A stretch of 64,000 nt of DNA from an uncultured Chloroflexia bacterium. Lineage in GTDB: Bacteria; Chloroflexota; Limnocylindria; Limnocylindrales; CSP1-4. Numbering within the stretch: position 1 is the stretch's first letter; each line of letters opens with the position of its first letter. Below are positions 30,191 to 40,719 of this stretch, piece after piece. A model generated the notes under the pieces. The model worked only from the letters and a program-made list of their open reading frames with translations. It had not been told where the DNA came from and searched no databases. The position numbers and the translations under genes were made by a program. The DNA is taken from the NCBI GenBank assembly GCA_963767165.1, contig CAVYCV010000008.1, forward strand, positions 118,182 to 182,181. The letters run 5' to 3'.

Positions 30191-31656
30191 CGACGGTGCT
30201 CGACGACGCGGCTGACGAGACGCGGGGGCCAGCCTCGGGGTCGTCCGCGGCGGACCGGGCGGAAGGCTCGCGCTTCGGCTTCCGCTCGAGGCTGACGATC
30301 GCGCTGATCGCGGCGGCGATCCTGCCGCTGGCCGGCTTCGGGATCCTTCTGCTGCTCATCGGCGGCGGCGCCGGCGCGGCTGACCCGAACGTCGGGCGCC
30401 TTCTGCTGTTCTCGCTCGCGATCGTGGTCACGCTCGCGATCATCACGTCCTACGCGCTCGTGGCCGACCTGACCGCGCCGCTTCGCTCGATCGCCGCGGC
30501 GGTCGATCGCGTCTCGGCTGGTGACCTCTCGACCCCGATCCGGGTGGCGGGCGATGACGAGCTCGCGCAGCTGGCCGAGAGCCACAACCGCCTCGCATCC
30601 GACCTCGAGCGCCGGAACCAGGAGCTGGGGCGCATCCTCGCCGCCATCGAAGTCGTCTCGCCACGCGACGGTGTCGACGTCGTCGCGAGCCGCGCCGCCG
30701 ACGACGCCCGGGTCGCGTTCGGCATGATCGACGCGGCCATCTACATCGGCGATCCCTCGGCCATCCCGATCCAGGACCGCGTCCCCGGTGAGTCGCGCCC
30801 GTTGCGCGCGATCCTGCGCGCCGGCAGCGACGTGCTCGGCGTGCTCTTCGGCCGGCTGCCGGCCACGCGCCGTTGGGAGCGCGCCGACCAGGACCTCCTG
30901 GACCTGTTCGCCCACCACGTCGCCGTCGCGGTGCGCAACGCCCAGTTGTTCGCCCAGGTCGAGGCGCAGAACGCCCAGCTCCGGGAGCTCGACGCGACGA
31001 AAGACGAGTTCCTCCGCGGCGTCAGCCACAACCTCCAGACGCCACTCACCAGCATCCGGGCCCATGCCGATCAGCTCGGGCACGATCGCCCGGATCGACG
31101 CCTCGGGATCATCACGGAGCAATCCGAGCGGCTGTCACGCATGGTCCGGCAGCTGCTCACGGTGACGCGACTGGAGTCGGGGACCTTCCATCCGCGGACG
31201 GAGGTCGTGGCGCTCGGATCGCGGATCCGCAAGGCCTGGGAGGCGCTCGGGGTGGACGACGTCGGGTTCACGATCGACGACCAGACCGACGGCTGGCTGG
31301 CGATCGCCGACACGGACCAGCTCGATCAGGTCCTGTGGGCGCTCCTGGACAACGCGCTCAAGTACGGTGGGCGCCGACCGATCAAGGTCGTCGTGTCGGT
31401 AGAAGGGGAGGCCGACCGCCTCCGGGCGACGATCACCGACGGCGGGCCTGGCGTGCTCGACGAGGACCGGGATCGGCTGTTCGGTCGATTCGAGCGGGGC
31501 AGCCACTCGAACGAGCAGGGCAGCGGGCTCGGCCTCTACGTGTCGCGCGCGCTGTGTCGGGCGATGGACGGCGATCTCGTGCTGGAGCCGCGGGTGCCGG
31601 GGCGTGGGGCGGCGTTCAGCATCTACCTGCCAGGCGAGCCAGCGACGGAAGGCTGA
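30187..31656 (+). CDS. Sensor histidine kinase (HAMP, GAF-like, HisKA, HATPase)
   Basis: Two TM segments, DELAQLAES.N, SHNLQTPLTSI, LLDNALKY, GSGLGL. Confidence 0.92.
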   Translation: MTTVLDDAADETRGPASGSSAADRAEGSRFGFRSRLTIALIAAAILPLAGFGILLLLIGGGAGAADPNVGRLLLFSLAIVVTLAIITSYALVADLTAPLRSIAAAVDRVSAGDLSTPIRVAGDDELAQLAESHNRLASDLERRNQELGRILAAIEVVSPRDGVDVVASRAADDARVAFGMIDAAIYIGDPSAIPIQDRVPGESRPLRAILRAGSDVLGVLFGRLPATRRWERADQDLLDLFAHHVAVAVRNAQLFAQVEAQNAQLRELDATKDEFLRGVSHNLQTPLTSIRAHADQLGHDRPDRRLGIITEQSERLSRMVRQLLTVTRLESGTFHPRTEVVALGSRIRKAWEALGVDDVGFTIDDQTDGWLAIADTDQLDQVLWALLDNALKYGGRRPIKVVVSVEGEADRLRATITDGGPGVLDEDRDRLFGRFERGSHSNEQGSGLGLYVSRALCRAMDGDLVLEPRVPGRGAAFSIYLPGEPATEG

Positions 31657-31683
31657 CGGCGTGGGCGCGACGCCCAGCCCGGA

Positions 31684-31932
31684 TCAGTCGGTCGTCGACC
31701 CGGATGCGAGGACGGGGGTTCCCGCGACGGGCGAGGATGAGCGCCTCGTCCAGAGGACACGGAACGGGTCGCCACCGATGAGGGCGGCAGCGCTGATCCC
31801 GACGATCGGCCCGAGCATGGCGTTCGCGCCGAACAGGACCACCGCGAAGTTCGCGATGTACCAGCCGGCGAAGAACCACAGCACGGTCGAGAGGACGCGG
31901 AGCTTCCTGGTGGAGAGCGAGCGAAGCTTCAT
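31684..31932 (-). CDS. Small membrane protein
   Basis: Two hydrophobic helices (LWFFAGWY, GPIVGISAAALIGGDP). Confidence 0.6.
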   Translation of the reverse strand: MKLRSLSTRKLRVLSTVLWFFAGWYIANFAVVLFGANAMLGPIVGISAAALIGGDPFRVLWTRRSSSPVAGTPVLASGSTTD

Positions 31933-32003
31933 GCACGTAGCGTGGACCCGATCGCCGAGGTGGCATAGGGGCACTTAGGTCCCGTTCCGCGACGCCGGCG
32001 GTC

Positions 32004-32825
32004 CTAGTCGTCGAGCCCGTACGTGTCCGGTCGACGGTTCGCGAGCGACGGGATCTGGCGCCGCACCGCCGCGACACGGTCGATGTCGAGCTCGGCGCGG
32101 ACGATCGAGACCGCATCGGGTGCCTGAGCGACGATCGTGCCCCACGGGTCGATGACCATCGAGCGTCCGTACGCCGGGTAGCCGGGCGGCCCACCGATCT
32201 GCGAGGGCGCGACGACCCAGGCTCCGTTCTCGATGGCGCGGGCACGCAGCAGGACCTCCCAGTGGTCGCGGCCGGTCCGCTCGGTGAAGTTGGCCGGGAC
32301 CGTCAGGACCTGCGCCCCGGCCAGCGCGAGGGTCCGGTACAGCTCCGGGAACCGGATGTCGTAGCAGATCGACAGACCGAACGCGATCCCGTCCACGTCC
32401 GCGACGACAGTGCGATCGCCCGCGGTGACGCGGGCCGATTCGGTGTCGACCGGGCCCGCCTCGACCGCCACATCGAACAGGTGGATCTTGCGGTAGGTGG
32501 CCGCGATCGACCCGTCGGGTCCGATCAGGACGCTGGTGTTGTACGGCCTCGCCGGATCGTCGGACGTCTCGGCCAGGCTGCCGACCAGGACCCACGCCCC
32601 GTGCTTCCTCGCCACCGTCACGAACGCGTCGGCGTGCTCGCCCGGGACGGGTCGCGCCGAGGCGCGATAGCCGTCGTCGCCGCCGCGGTACTGGAGATAC
32701 TCCGGCAGCGCGACCAATCGGGCCCCGCCGGCGGCCGCCTCGGACGCAAGGTCCGCGGCACGGGCGATGTTCGCCTCGACGTCACCTGTGGCATCGAGCT
32801 GGATGAGGGCGACCGGCAGTCTCAC
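32004..32825 (-). CDS. Carbon-nitrogen hydrolase (Nit1/deaminated glutathione amidase-like)
   Basis: LPEY, YRKIHLFD, SICYDIRFPE, RARAIEN. Confidence 0.92.
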   Translation of the reverse strand: MRLPVALIQLDATGDVEANIARAADLASEAAAGGARLVALPEYLQYRGGDDGYRASARPVPGEHADAFVTVARKHGAWVLVGSLAETSDDPARPYNTSVLIGPDGSIAATYRKIHLFDVAVEAGPVDTESARVTAGDRTVVADVDGIAFGLSICYDIRFPELYRTLALAGAQVLTVPANFTERTGRDHWEVLLRARAIENGAWVVAPSQIGGPPGYPAYGRSMVIDPWGTIVAQAPDAVSIVRAELDIDRVAAVRRQIPSLANRRPDTYGLDD

Positions 32826-32839
32826 GCCGCCATGCTAAG

Positions 32840-33578
32840 TCAGCGGATGCCGGTGTCGTAGGCGAGCTCGACGGTCGTGAGCGAACCCGGCTCGATCGTG
32901 ACCGACATGGGCTCCGGCGTCCCGATCAGCCCCTCGACCGGCCGGCCCTGGACGACGTATGCGCCGGCCGGCAGGTCGAAGGCGAACGAACCATTCGGAA
33001 GGGTCGTCATCGTGCCGACCTCGGCGCCCGATGCATCACTGACCACGACCGTCGCGTTCGCAACGGGGCGCGGGACGCAGTTCGCGTCACCGGGCTGCTG
33101 GACGGGGCAGACCGGGCCCGCGGTCGCACGCCCGACGATGCCCGTCTCGCCGGTGGACGGCTTGGGAAAGGCATCGGGCGGCACGGCGTCGCCCCCTTCG
33201 GACAGCAGCTTCACGGTCCCGTCCGGGGCGACCGCGTATGTCCAGGTGTGCCGATCGATACAGCCGGCCGGGCAGTCTCCCCACCCGACCTGGATCGTGA
33301 CGACGAACGCCCCGACACCGGAGGCGGGCTTCGCGTCGTACCAGGCGGCCTGGCCGATCAGGTCCGGGTTCACCGGGCCGATCCCGGCAAAACGCGGTTC
33401 GGCGACGACGATGGCCGCCATCGCCGCCTCCGGCGTCGTGATCGGCAGCTGCGGGCCGCTGGACGGCGCCGTCGAAGGCGCGATCGATGGCGACGGCGAG
33501 GCCGCGCCGCCGCTGCAGGCGACAAGGACCGCCGCCAGGACAAGAGCCGATCAGGAGCGCGGGACGGAAGTTCGACAT
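32840..33578 (-). CDS. Lipoprotein with carboxypeptidase-regulatory-like domain (frameshift near 33545)
   Basis: MSNFRPALLIG then LVLAAVLVAC lipobox in the adjacent frame; GWGDCPAGCI, AGPVCPV. Confidence 0.65.
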
Positions 33579-33586
33579 GACCCAGC

Positions 33587-33612
33587 GACGATGATGCACC
33601 CCATCCGGTTCC
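33587..33612 (-). promoter_or_regulatory. ECF-type promoter
   Basis: GGAACC-N16-CGTC on the minus strand, 8 nt before the ATG at 33578. Confidence 0.5.
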
Positions 33613-33662
33613 CCTGGGAGGAGCAGCGGGTCGAGCGGCGAGGCCACTCGACCCGGTAGACA

Positions 33663-34127
33663 TCAGGGTTCGATCTTGATCGAGTCCACGATCGCCTGGA
33701 GCTCGGCGCGATGCGTCGCCGACGTCTCTGCGTAGTCGCGGCGCCTGGACGACGAGGCGCAGGTCATCGACGTCGACCCGCTCCATCGATGGCTGGCCCT
33801 CGGCGTAGATGCCGGGTTCCCATGGACGCTAGATCGGGCCGCTCGATGGATCACCTGGCTCGGTCCCGCACGTCGATATGTCCGCCGGAACCTGATGCTC
33901 GATGTACTGGCGCCGACGGCTCGGCGTACGCTGCTCTGGACGACGACGCGAATGCCATCGACGTCGAGGACCCACAGGTGCCAGCGCTGGCTTGGGCCCT
34001 GGGCGTAGATGCCGGGTTCCCATGGACGGTAGATCGGGCCGCTCGATGGATTACCTGGCTCGGTCTCGCACGTCGATATGTCCGCCGGAACCTGAAGGTC
34101 GAAGTACTTCCCGGAGTACCCGACCCG
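33663..34127 (-). pseudogene. 5'-truncated paralogue of the anti-sigma-like protein with an internal tandem duplication
   Basis: LWVLDVDGIRVVV and AELQAIVDSIKIEP; imperfect repeat 33745-33906 vs 33936-34107. Confidence 0.55.
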
Positions 34128-34431
34128 GAAGTCGTTCGTGGCGCTCGGGGCCGGGACCTTCAGCATGAGCGCCCAGCTCGCCTATAAGAGCGGCGTCCTC
34201 GGCGTCATCTTCAAGTACGGGAAGCCCGGGACATCGCCGATCTGGTACAAGGAGAGCACGGACTTCGGGGCGACATGGTCAGCCCGCACCCAGGTCAGCC
34301 TGCCCCACGGGACCATCACGGACGTCGAGCCCGGCGGCGTGGCCATCCTCAGGGGGATCCGGCTCGCGGGCTACAACCAGAACCGCCTCGAGGGCGACGA
34401 CGGGGTGTGGGTCCGCCGCGGGACGCCCTAG
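34128..34431 (+). pseudogene. 3' fragment of a BNR/sialidase-like beta-propeller gene
   Basis: Asp-box STDFGATWS; no N-terminus or RBS. Confidence 0.5.
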
Positions 34432-34481
34432 TCGAATGGCACCGGCGCTCCAGATCGGCTCGGGGACGCCGGTGCGGCGGC

Positions 34482-35382
34482 TCAGGGCAGGGTCAGGGGG
34501 CGGGCGATGCCGACACCGACGGGCCGGCGGTCGTCGATCCGGATGGACGCCATCACGGCATCGAGTTCGGCGAGGTCCGCTGCCGACGCGCCGGGAAGTG
34601 CCGGGCGACGACCATGAACGGCCGGCGACTCGAGGATGTAGATACGTCGATCGTACCTGCATTGACGCAGCAAGAGCCCCGACGCCGGGCTGCGGCGGGC
34701 AAAAACTGACGAACGCCCCGTCACAGGCGGAGATGCCGGGTCGCCGGCCCGGTCAGCCAGATCCGTTTGCCGGGTCCCGCCGAGGGTCCATCGGTCGACG
34801 GTGACGTGACAGTCCCTTTTGTGCCAGAAGGGCGTTGAGTCGGCGACCGTGTTCCAACTTCGACAGCGGACCGTCGGAGTGACACAGTCGGCCTCGAGCG
34901 GTGACGGTCCCGAAGGTCACCAGCACCATAGCCGGTTCCGCGACGGGCTTGTAGATGAAGTTCTGGCTAGATGTCCACCCGGCAGGGACGGAGAAGGTGA
35001 CCGGACGATCGTTGATGCTGATGACATACGTCCCCGCCTCTCGTCTCTGTTGGCGCGCCACCCTCCGGGATGGCGTCGGGGAGGGCGTCGAGGTCGGCGT
35101 CGGCGACGGTGACAGGCCCGGACCGGGCCCTCCGTTCAGTCCGCCGCCGCGTGGGAGCAGATAGAAGCTCGCCAGCGCGACGACCAGCACAGCGGCGGCC
35201 GCGATCGCGAGCTTGGCGCTCGTGTTCATGTCAAGGAACCTCCGCGCCGGTCCCCAGGAGCGGCGCTGTGGGGTCGCGGGGAGCTGGTCGAGAACGGCGT
35301 CGAGGACGCGGTCCGGGAGCGCCGTCGCGCCCACCTCCAGCCACGACCGGACGATGCGCGTGGTGTCGCGATCGGTACTCAT
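34482..35382 (-). pseudogene. Membrane-anchored anti-sigma-like protein, frameshifted
   Basis: Coupled to the sigma stop; MSTDRDTTRIVRSWL..PDRVLDAVL, TM helix, PT linker, ends DLAELDAVMASIRID in another frame. Confidence 0.6.
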
Positions 35383-35927
35383 CGAGTCGCCTCCCGCTGC
35401 ACCGGTCGCGCGTCGGCGTCGAGCGCCGCGCGCAGGCCGCGCATCGCGTGATGGAGTCGGGAACGAACCGTTCCGGGAGGCACGCCAAGGGTCTCGGCGA
35501 CCTCCTCGAGCGGCATGTCGAGGTAGTGGTGGAGCACGACCACTGCTCGGTGGTCGATGGAGAGTCGACGGAAGCCGCGTTCGAGCTGGTCGCGATCGAC
35601 GACCATGCTCGTGCCATCCGCCACCGCCGGCTCGACGGCCGGCATGAGGTGAACGTTCGGCTGCCACTGGCGGGTCCGGCGTCCCTCGCTGTAGCAGGCG
35701 CGGACGAGGAGCCGGTACGACCAGGCGTCAAAGCGCGCCGGGTCGCGAAGCTGCGGGAGGTCTCGCCAGATGGTCAGCAGCGCCTGCTGCGTCGCGTCCT
35801 CGGCGAGGTCGGTGTCGCGCAGGATCCTGTGCGCCACCGCGTGGAGCCGGTCGCCCACGCCGACGGCGAGGCTCGCGAAGGCCTCCTCGTCGCCATGTTG
35901 CGCCCGAATCACGAGACTCTCGTCCAC
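35379..35927 (-). CDS. ECF RNA polymerase sigma factor
   Basis: GDEEAF, AEDATQ, RFDAW, EEVAETLGVPPGTVRSRLH. Confidence 0.93.
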   Translation of the reverse strand: MDESLVIRAQHGDEEAFASLAVGVGDRLHAVAHRILRDTDLAEDATQQALLTIWRDLPQLRDPARFDAWSYRLLVRACYSEGRRTRQWQPNVHLMPAVEPAVADGTSMVVDRDQLERGFRRLSIDHRAVVVLHHYLDMPLEEVAETLGVPPGTVRSRLHHAMRGLRAALDADARPVQREATR

Positions 35928-36010
35928 TGCCCTTCCGCCGTGGCGCCCGGCGGATCCGGGCGCTCATACCGTACGGGCGTCGTCGAGCCTGCGGCGACTC
36001 AATCTGAAAG

Positions 36011-36043
36011 GAGGGCCCGCCACGCGATGCGTGGCGGGCCCTC
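36011..36043 (-). terminator. Intrinsic terminator hairpin
   Basis: 15-bp perfect stem GAGGGCCCGCCACGC / GCGTGGCGGGCCCTC. Confidence 0.7.
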
Positions 36044-36071
36044 TCCCCAGGGTTACTGCAGGGCTACTCGT

Positions 36072-36371
36072 TCACACATATCCGAAGGGCTCCTCGGACA
36101 GCCGGTGGACGAGGGCGTCACCCGACACGGAGACGCCGAGATACGCGCCACCCGGCCGCTCGGGCAGGGGCACGACGGTCGACACGTGTCGGCTCGGGAG
36201 GGTGATCTCGAGGTCCGCAGGGCCGTCGAAGTCGACATCGAAGGCGTCAGCGAGGCTGATCTGGGTCAGGGTCGTGACGCCATCGCGCTCGTAGACCGTC
36301 TGACCGTTGACCCGGACTTCGACCGAGTCGTTGTCGAAGCCGTCCTGCAGGGCGACATGGAGGTTCCCCAC
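36072..36371 (-). CDS. Hypothetical protein (99 aa)
   Basis: GAGGAG RBS before the GTG, protein-like composition, followed by a terminator. Confidence 0.6.
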   Translation of the reverse strand: MGNLHVALQDGFDNDSVEVRVNGQTVYERDGVTTLTQISLADAFDVDFDGPADLEITLPSRHVSTVVPLPERPGGAYLGVSVSGDALVHRLSEEPFGYV

Positions 36372-36618
36372 CGCTCGTTCCTCCTCGAAGCCGGCGATCG
36401 CGCTCGACGGCCTCAGCCGCCTCATGGTCCGCAGCCGATCGTGAACCCGCAGGTTCGCGCACTGTTCCGCTGAGGGTACGCCTATTAGCAATAGTTGACC
36501 AGCGGCCAGTCGTGCAGGCGTGTTGGTCGCGCGGAGGTCCGGCCTGACCGGCCGAGGCTTGGTCTCTCGAGGGCACCGGGGCCGGCAGGGTTGTATCGAC
36601 GCGTACGATGTCCGGGCC

Positions 36619-37740
36619 ATGACAGCAACCCTGCGGTCAGCGCCACCGGGCCCGGTCGCGACGGATCCCGAACAGGAGATCCGCTTCTGTCGCGCCGAGG
36701 ACGGGGTGCGCCTGGCCTACGCGATCCACGGCAGCGGGCCGCCGCTGCTCGTCGTGTCGTGCTGGCTCGGGCATCTGCAGTACGACTGGCAGAGCCCGGT
36801 CTGGCGCCACTTCCTCGACCAGCTCGGCGAGCTCGCGACCGTCATCCGCTACGACGAGCGGGGCTTCGGCCTGTCCGATTGGAACGTGACCGACTTCTCG
36901 ATCGAGGCCCGACTGGGCGATCTCGAGGCCATCGTGGCCGCGGCCGGGCAGGAGCAGTTCGCGCTGCTCGGGATGTCGGGCGGCTCGTCGGTCGCGATGG
37001 CGTACGCGATGGCGCACCCCGAGCGCGTCAGCCGACTGATCCTCTACGGCACGGTCTGCGGTGAGCCAGTCATCTGGTCCGAGGACGAATGGCCGGAGGA
37101 GGAGACCTACCGGAGCATGATCCGGATCGGCTGGGCGAAGGAGGACCCGGAGTTCCGACGGGTCTTCACGCGACGCTTCATCCCGGACGCGACCGAGGAG
37201 CAGATGCGCTGGTTCGACGACCTGCAGCGCATGTCGACCTCGCCCGCCAACGCCGTGGCGAGCCGGATCGCGCGCCAGGAGGTCGACATCGTCGACGGCC
37301 TCTCGTCGATCACCGCCCCCACGATCGTCCTCCAGGCTGTCGGCGACCGATCGACCAGCTTCGACAACGCCGTGACCGTGTCCTCGCGGATCCGCGACGC
37401 CCGTCTCGTCCCGCTCCAGAGCCGCAACCACATCCTGCTCGCCGACGAGCCAGCCTGGGGCGTCTTCATCGACGAGGTGGCGGCGTTCATGGAGCCGGAC
37501 CGGCGGGCACACGCCGAGCACACGCCCGAACGATCCGCCGAGACCCTGTCGGCTCGCGAGCGCGACGTGCTTCGACTGGCCGCGGAAGGCCGAACGAACG
37601 ACGACATCGCCGCCGCCCTCGGCCTGAGCGCCCGCACCGTCGAGCGGCACCTCTCGAACACCTACGCGAAGCTCGGACTTGGCGGCCGGGCTGCCCGTGC
37701 CGCCGCGGTGGCGGAGTACCTCAGACACCAGCTGCGCTGA
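36619..37740 (+). CDS. Alpha/beta hydrolase fused to a LuxR HTH
   Basis: RYDERGFGLSD, GMSGG, SRNHILL; LSARERDVL..AEGRTN.DIA. Confidence 0.9.
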   Translation: MTATLRSAPPGPVATDPEQEIRFCRAEDGVRLAYAIHGSGPPLLVVSCWLGHLQYDWQSPVWRHFLDQLGELATVIRYDERGFGLSDWNVTDFSIEARLGDLEAIVAAAGQEQFALLGMSGGSSVAMAYAMAHPERVSRLILYGTVCGEPVIWSEDEWPEEETYRSMIRIGWAKEDPEFRRVFTRRFIPDATEEQMRWFDDLQRMSTSPANAVASRIARQEVDIVDGLSSITAPTIVLQAVGDRSTSFDNAVTVSSRIRDARLVPLQSRNHILLADEPAWGVFIDEVAAFMEPDRRAHAEHTPERSAETLSARERDVLRLAAEGRTNDDIAAALGLSARTVERHLSNTYAKLGLGGRAARAAAVAEYLRHQLR

Positions 37741-37882
37741 CCGTCGGCCTGCGTGTCGGCCGCCACCCGGACTGCGGACCGCCCGCACGATTGGGTGGTG
37801 GCGCGGTTTCGCGGAGGAACCCGCCGCGCCTACGGTCGCCTCGATCGCCGAACACGTCGGCGTGCGAACAGAGGTGACTGAA

Positions 37883-38386
37883 ATGGCAGCAGCGGTCTTC
37901 ACCGAAACAGAGGCCCGTTTCCGGGCCGATCCATCGTCAGCCCGGTCCACGCCGACCGTGACGGCGACCCTGGTCAATGGCCGGGCGCGCCTGTCGGCCG
38001 GTCCGTTCAACTGGGACGCGGACCTGCCTCCCACACTGGGCGGCGAGAACCTCGCCCCGAGTCCGACGGCCTACCTGTTGGGTGCGCTCGGTGGGTGCGC
38101 GGTCGCGTTCCTCCACGACACGCTGGCGCCCCTGTTCGAGGTGCAGCTCGACGACGTGTCGGCGGTCGCCCGATGCGCCACCGACCAGCGCGGCCTGCTC
38201 GGCCTCGACGGCGTCGTTCCGGACCTGTCTGACCTCCAGCTCGAGATCAGCGTCTCGTCGGCGTCTCCGGCCGATCGCGTGGAGGCGATGCTCGCCGCGT
38301 GGCGCGAGCGATGCCCGATCTACCTGGCATTGCTCAAGCCGCAGTCGATCGCGCTCAGTACCGCGGTCAACCCGGCAGCGAACTGA
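37883..38386 (+). CDS. OsmC family protein
   Basis: DLPPTLGG..APSP..LLGALGGC, RCPI. Confidence 0.85.
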   Translation: MAAAVFTETEARFRADPSSARSTPTVTATLVNGRARLSAGPFNWDADLPPTLGGENLAPSPTAYLLGALGGCAVAFLHDTLAPLFEVQLDDVSAVARCATDQRGLLGLDGVVPDLSDLQLEISVSSASPADRVEAMLAAWRERCPIYLALLKPQSIALSTAVNPAAN

Positions 38387-38405
38387 GCGCGGCGCCTGAT
38401 AGCCC

Positions 38406-38963
38406 TCACTCCTCGATCGGGGCTCGGCTCCGCTCGTGTCGTGGCTTCTCGATGACACGCCGCGGCGCGCGCTGGGCCTTCCCCGATGGGAGGTGGGACG
38501 GCGGTTCGCCCCATCGATACACCCCGACGGTGTGCCGACGAGATTCCACTCCGGCGAACGAGCGTAGCCGGGCGAGGAGCTGACGTTCGGTCATTGGCCG
38601 AGAGGCCTCGCAAACGATTGCGCGGTGGCGTCCGTGACGTGCGTCGCTCTCGAGCATGTGCCGATCGAGACGTTCACGAACGGTCCCGGGACCGATGATG
38701 AGCAGGTCGTCGTCCGGAGCCAGGCGGTCGGCGATGTCCACGACGAACCGCTCGAGGTGCTCCAGCCGGCGAGGCTCGCCTGCGTCCTGGGGGCTGGCAC
38801 CGCCTCCGTGGCGAATACCCGGATCGTGCCGGACGTGGCCGGTGGCCCGGCGGTGAGCCGGGACATCCGACTCGACCCGCTCGAGCCGAGCCCAGTCGTC
38901 CTTCCAGCCCACGATGACGGCTTCTCGTGCATCGATCCAAACCAGAGTGCAGGGTCGTGTCAT
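38406..38963 (-). CDS. eRF1 domain-2-like / host-attachment-type protein
   Basis: VWIDAREA, LLIIGPG, MTERQLLA; GGAGG RBS. Confidence 0.6.
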   Translation of the reverse strand: MTRPCTLVWIDAREAVIVGWKDDWARLERVESDVPAHRRATGHVRHDPGIRHGGGASPQDAGEPRRLEHLERFVVDIADRLAPDDDLLIIGPGTVRERLDRHMLESDARHGRHRAIVCEASRPMTERQLLARLRSFAGVESRRHTVGVYRWGEPPSHLPSGKAQRAPRRVIEKPRHERSRAPIEE

Positions 38964-39227
38964 GTTCGCCTCCCACGTGCTCGTGTTCCATCCAGAGCTT
39001 CGCGCGGGCATGCCGACGAAGCCACCGCCATCGGGCGCCGTGACGCGTGCCGAACGGCCCGAACGAACGAGGAGCGGTCGCGGGACAGGCCGCCATTCAG
39101 TCCGAGAGACTCGGCCCAATCGGGCCTGCCGGCTCTCGTGTGTGCACGAGGGAGCCTCGATAGTCGAGCTTGGTTGACGGGTGTGGTGGGTGCCCGGACC
39201 GCCGGCGGACCGTACGAGGAGAGCCAG

Positions 39228-39713
39228 ATGGACTACATCGTCACCACCGAACACCTCGAACCTCGATCGATCGTCTCGATCCGTGACCGAAACCTGCGGG
39301 GCGACCTTCCCGGATTCCTCGCGGCCGCATTCCCAGAGCTCTTCGAGAGACTCCGCGTCCTCGGCGTGAGCCCGGTGGGTGCGCCCTTCGTCATCTACCA
39401 CGAGTTCGGCGTGGACGGCATCGACGCCGAGGTGTGTTTGCCCGTCCCCCACACGGTCGCCGCAGAAGGCCGGGTCCAGAGTCGCTCGCTACCGGCGATG
39501 ACCGTCGCCCGGACCTTGCACGTCGGCCCCTACGAGGACCTCGGCGCTGCCTACGGTGCTGTGTCGGCGTGGGTCGCGCGTCACGGCTTCGAGGGCGCAG
39601 GGCCGATCCAGGAGCGCTATCTCAACGGTCCGGGCGACGGCGTCGCTCCCGGTGGCTATCGGACCGAGATCGAGATGCCGATCATCCCGCTCCACGTGAC
39701 CGCGCCTGCGTGA
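39228..39713 (+). CDS. GyrI-like effector-binding domain protein
   Basis: HVGPYEDLGAAY, ERYLNGP, TEIEMP; AGGAG RBS. Confidence 0.85.
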   Translation: MDYIVTTEHLEPRSIVSIRDRNLRGDLPGFLAAAFPELFERLRVLGVSPVGAPFVIYHEFGVDGIDAEVCLPVPHTVAAEGRVQSRSLPAMTVARTLHVGPYEDLGAAYGAVSAWVARHGFEGAGPIQERYLNGPGDGVAPGGYRTEIEMPIIPLHVTAPA

Positions 39714-39760
39714 GCCACCGAGTTCCCGCAAGACGGCCGGTGACATATCGGCTTTCGCTC

Positions 39761-40673
39761 GTGAAGCCTCCCGTGTGGCTGATCCTCGGCATCGTGCTCG
39801 TCGTGGCCGGCTGTGGACTCGCCACCATGGGGCACCTCGCCGTCGGCTGCCGAGCCAAGCCCGTCCGCCGTGATCACCCCGACGCCGCTTCCCACGGCGA
39901 CAACGTCAGCCAAGCCGACAGCTGGTCCGACGGTGAGCCCGACCCGCCGCCCCACGGCTCGGCCGACCGCTCGCCCCACGCCTCGGCCGACCCCGACGGC
40001 CACCCCGCTTCCTGCGAGCAAGCTGATCCGGCACGGCACCCGGACGACCGACGCGGTCGCATTGACCTTCGACATGGGCGGCCGGGTCGGCGACGCGCTG
40101 GCGATCGTCGACTGGCTGGTCGACCACGACGTCCACGCGACGATCTTCATGACCGGCGCGATGGCCGACAACCAGAACACCGATGCGGGACGACAGGTCC
40201 TCGCGATCATCGACGCGCATCCAGGCCTGTTCACGCTCGGCAATCACTCGTACACGCACCGGGACTTCAGGACACTGACCGCATCCGAGGTCCGGGACGA
40301 GTTGCGTCGCACCGAGGTCGCGATCGCCCCGCACTGCTCGCAGAACCTGCGGCCATTCTACCGACCGCCCAACGGCGGCTATGACGCCGACGTCATGGCT
40401 GCGGTCGGTGCAGCCGGCTATGGCTACACCGTCACCTGGGAGATCGATACGATCGACTGGCGGCCGATCAAGAACGAACCACCGGGGCCGACGGCCGACG
40501 AGATCGTGGCCAAGGTCCTTGACGGCGCGCAGGGCGGTTCCATCGTCCTCATGCACCTGGGTGGCTACGAGACGTTCGAGGCGATCCCGAGGATCATCGA
40601 AGGACTACGGTCAGCCGGCTTCGATCTCGTGACGCTCGACAGGATGATCCTCGACAGGATGATCGAAGGCTGA
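39761..40673 (+). CDS. Polysaccharide deacetylase lipoprotein (frameshift near 39815)
   Basis: LVVAGC lipobox; ALTFD, GNHSYTH, YRPPNG, DW, IVLMH. Confidence 0.8.
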
Positions 40674-40719
40674 GTTCCTCCCGTCGGTCCAGAAATGGGC
40701 TCCGGGAGCGCGAGGACCG

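Noticed and set aside
33745-34107. DGR template/variable repeat pair
   Set aside because: Differences include indels and are not adenine-specific, and no reverse transcriptase is present in the window.
39930-40000. CCGACC/CCCACG short tandem repeats
   Set aside because: They encode a Pro/Thr/Arg linker of the deacetylase.
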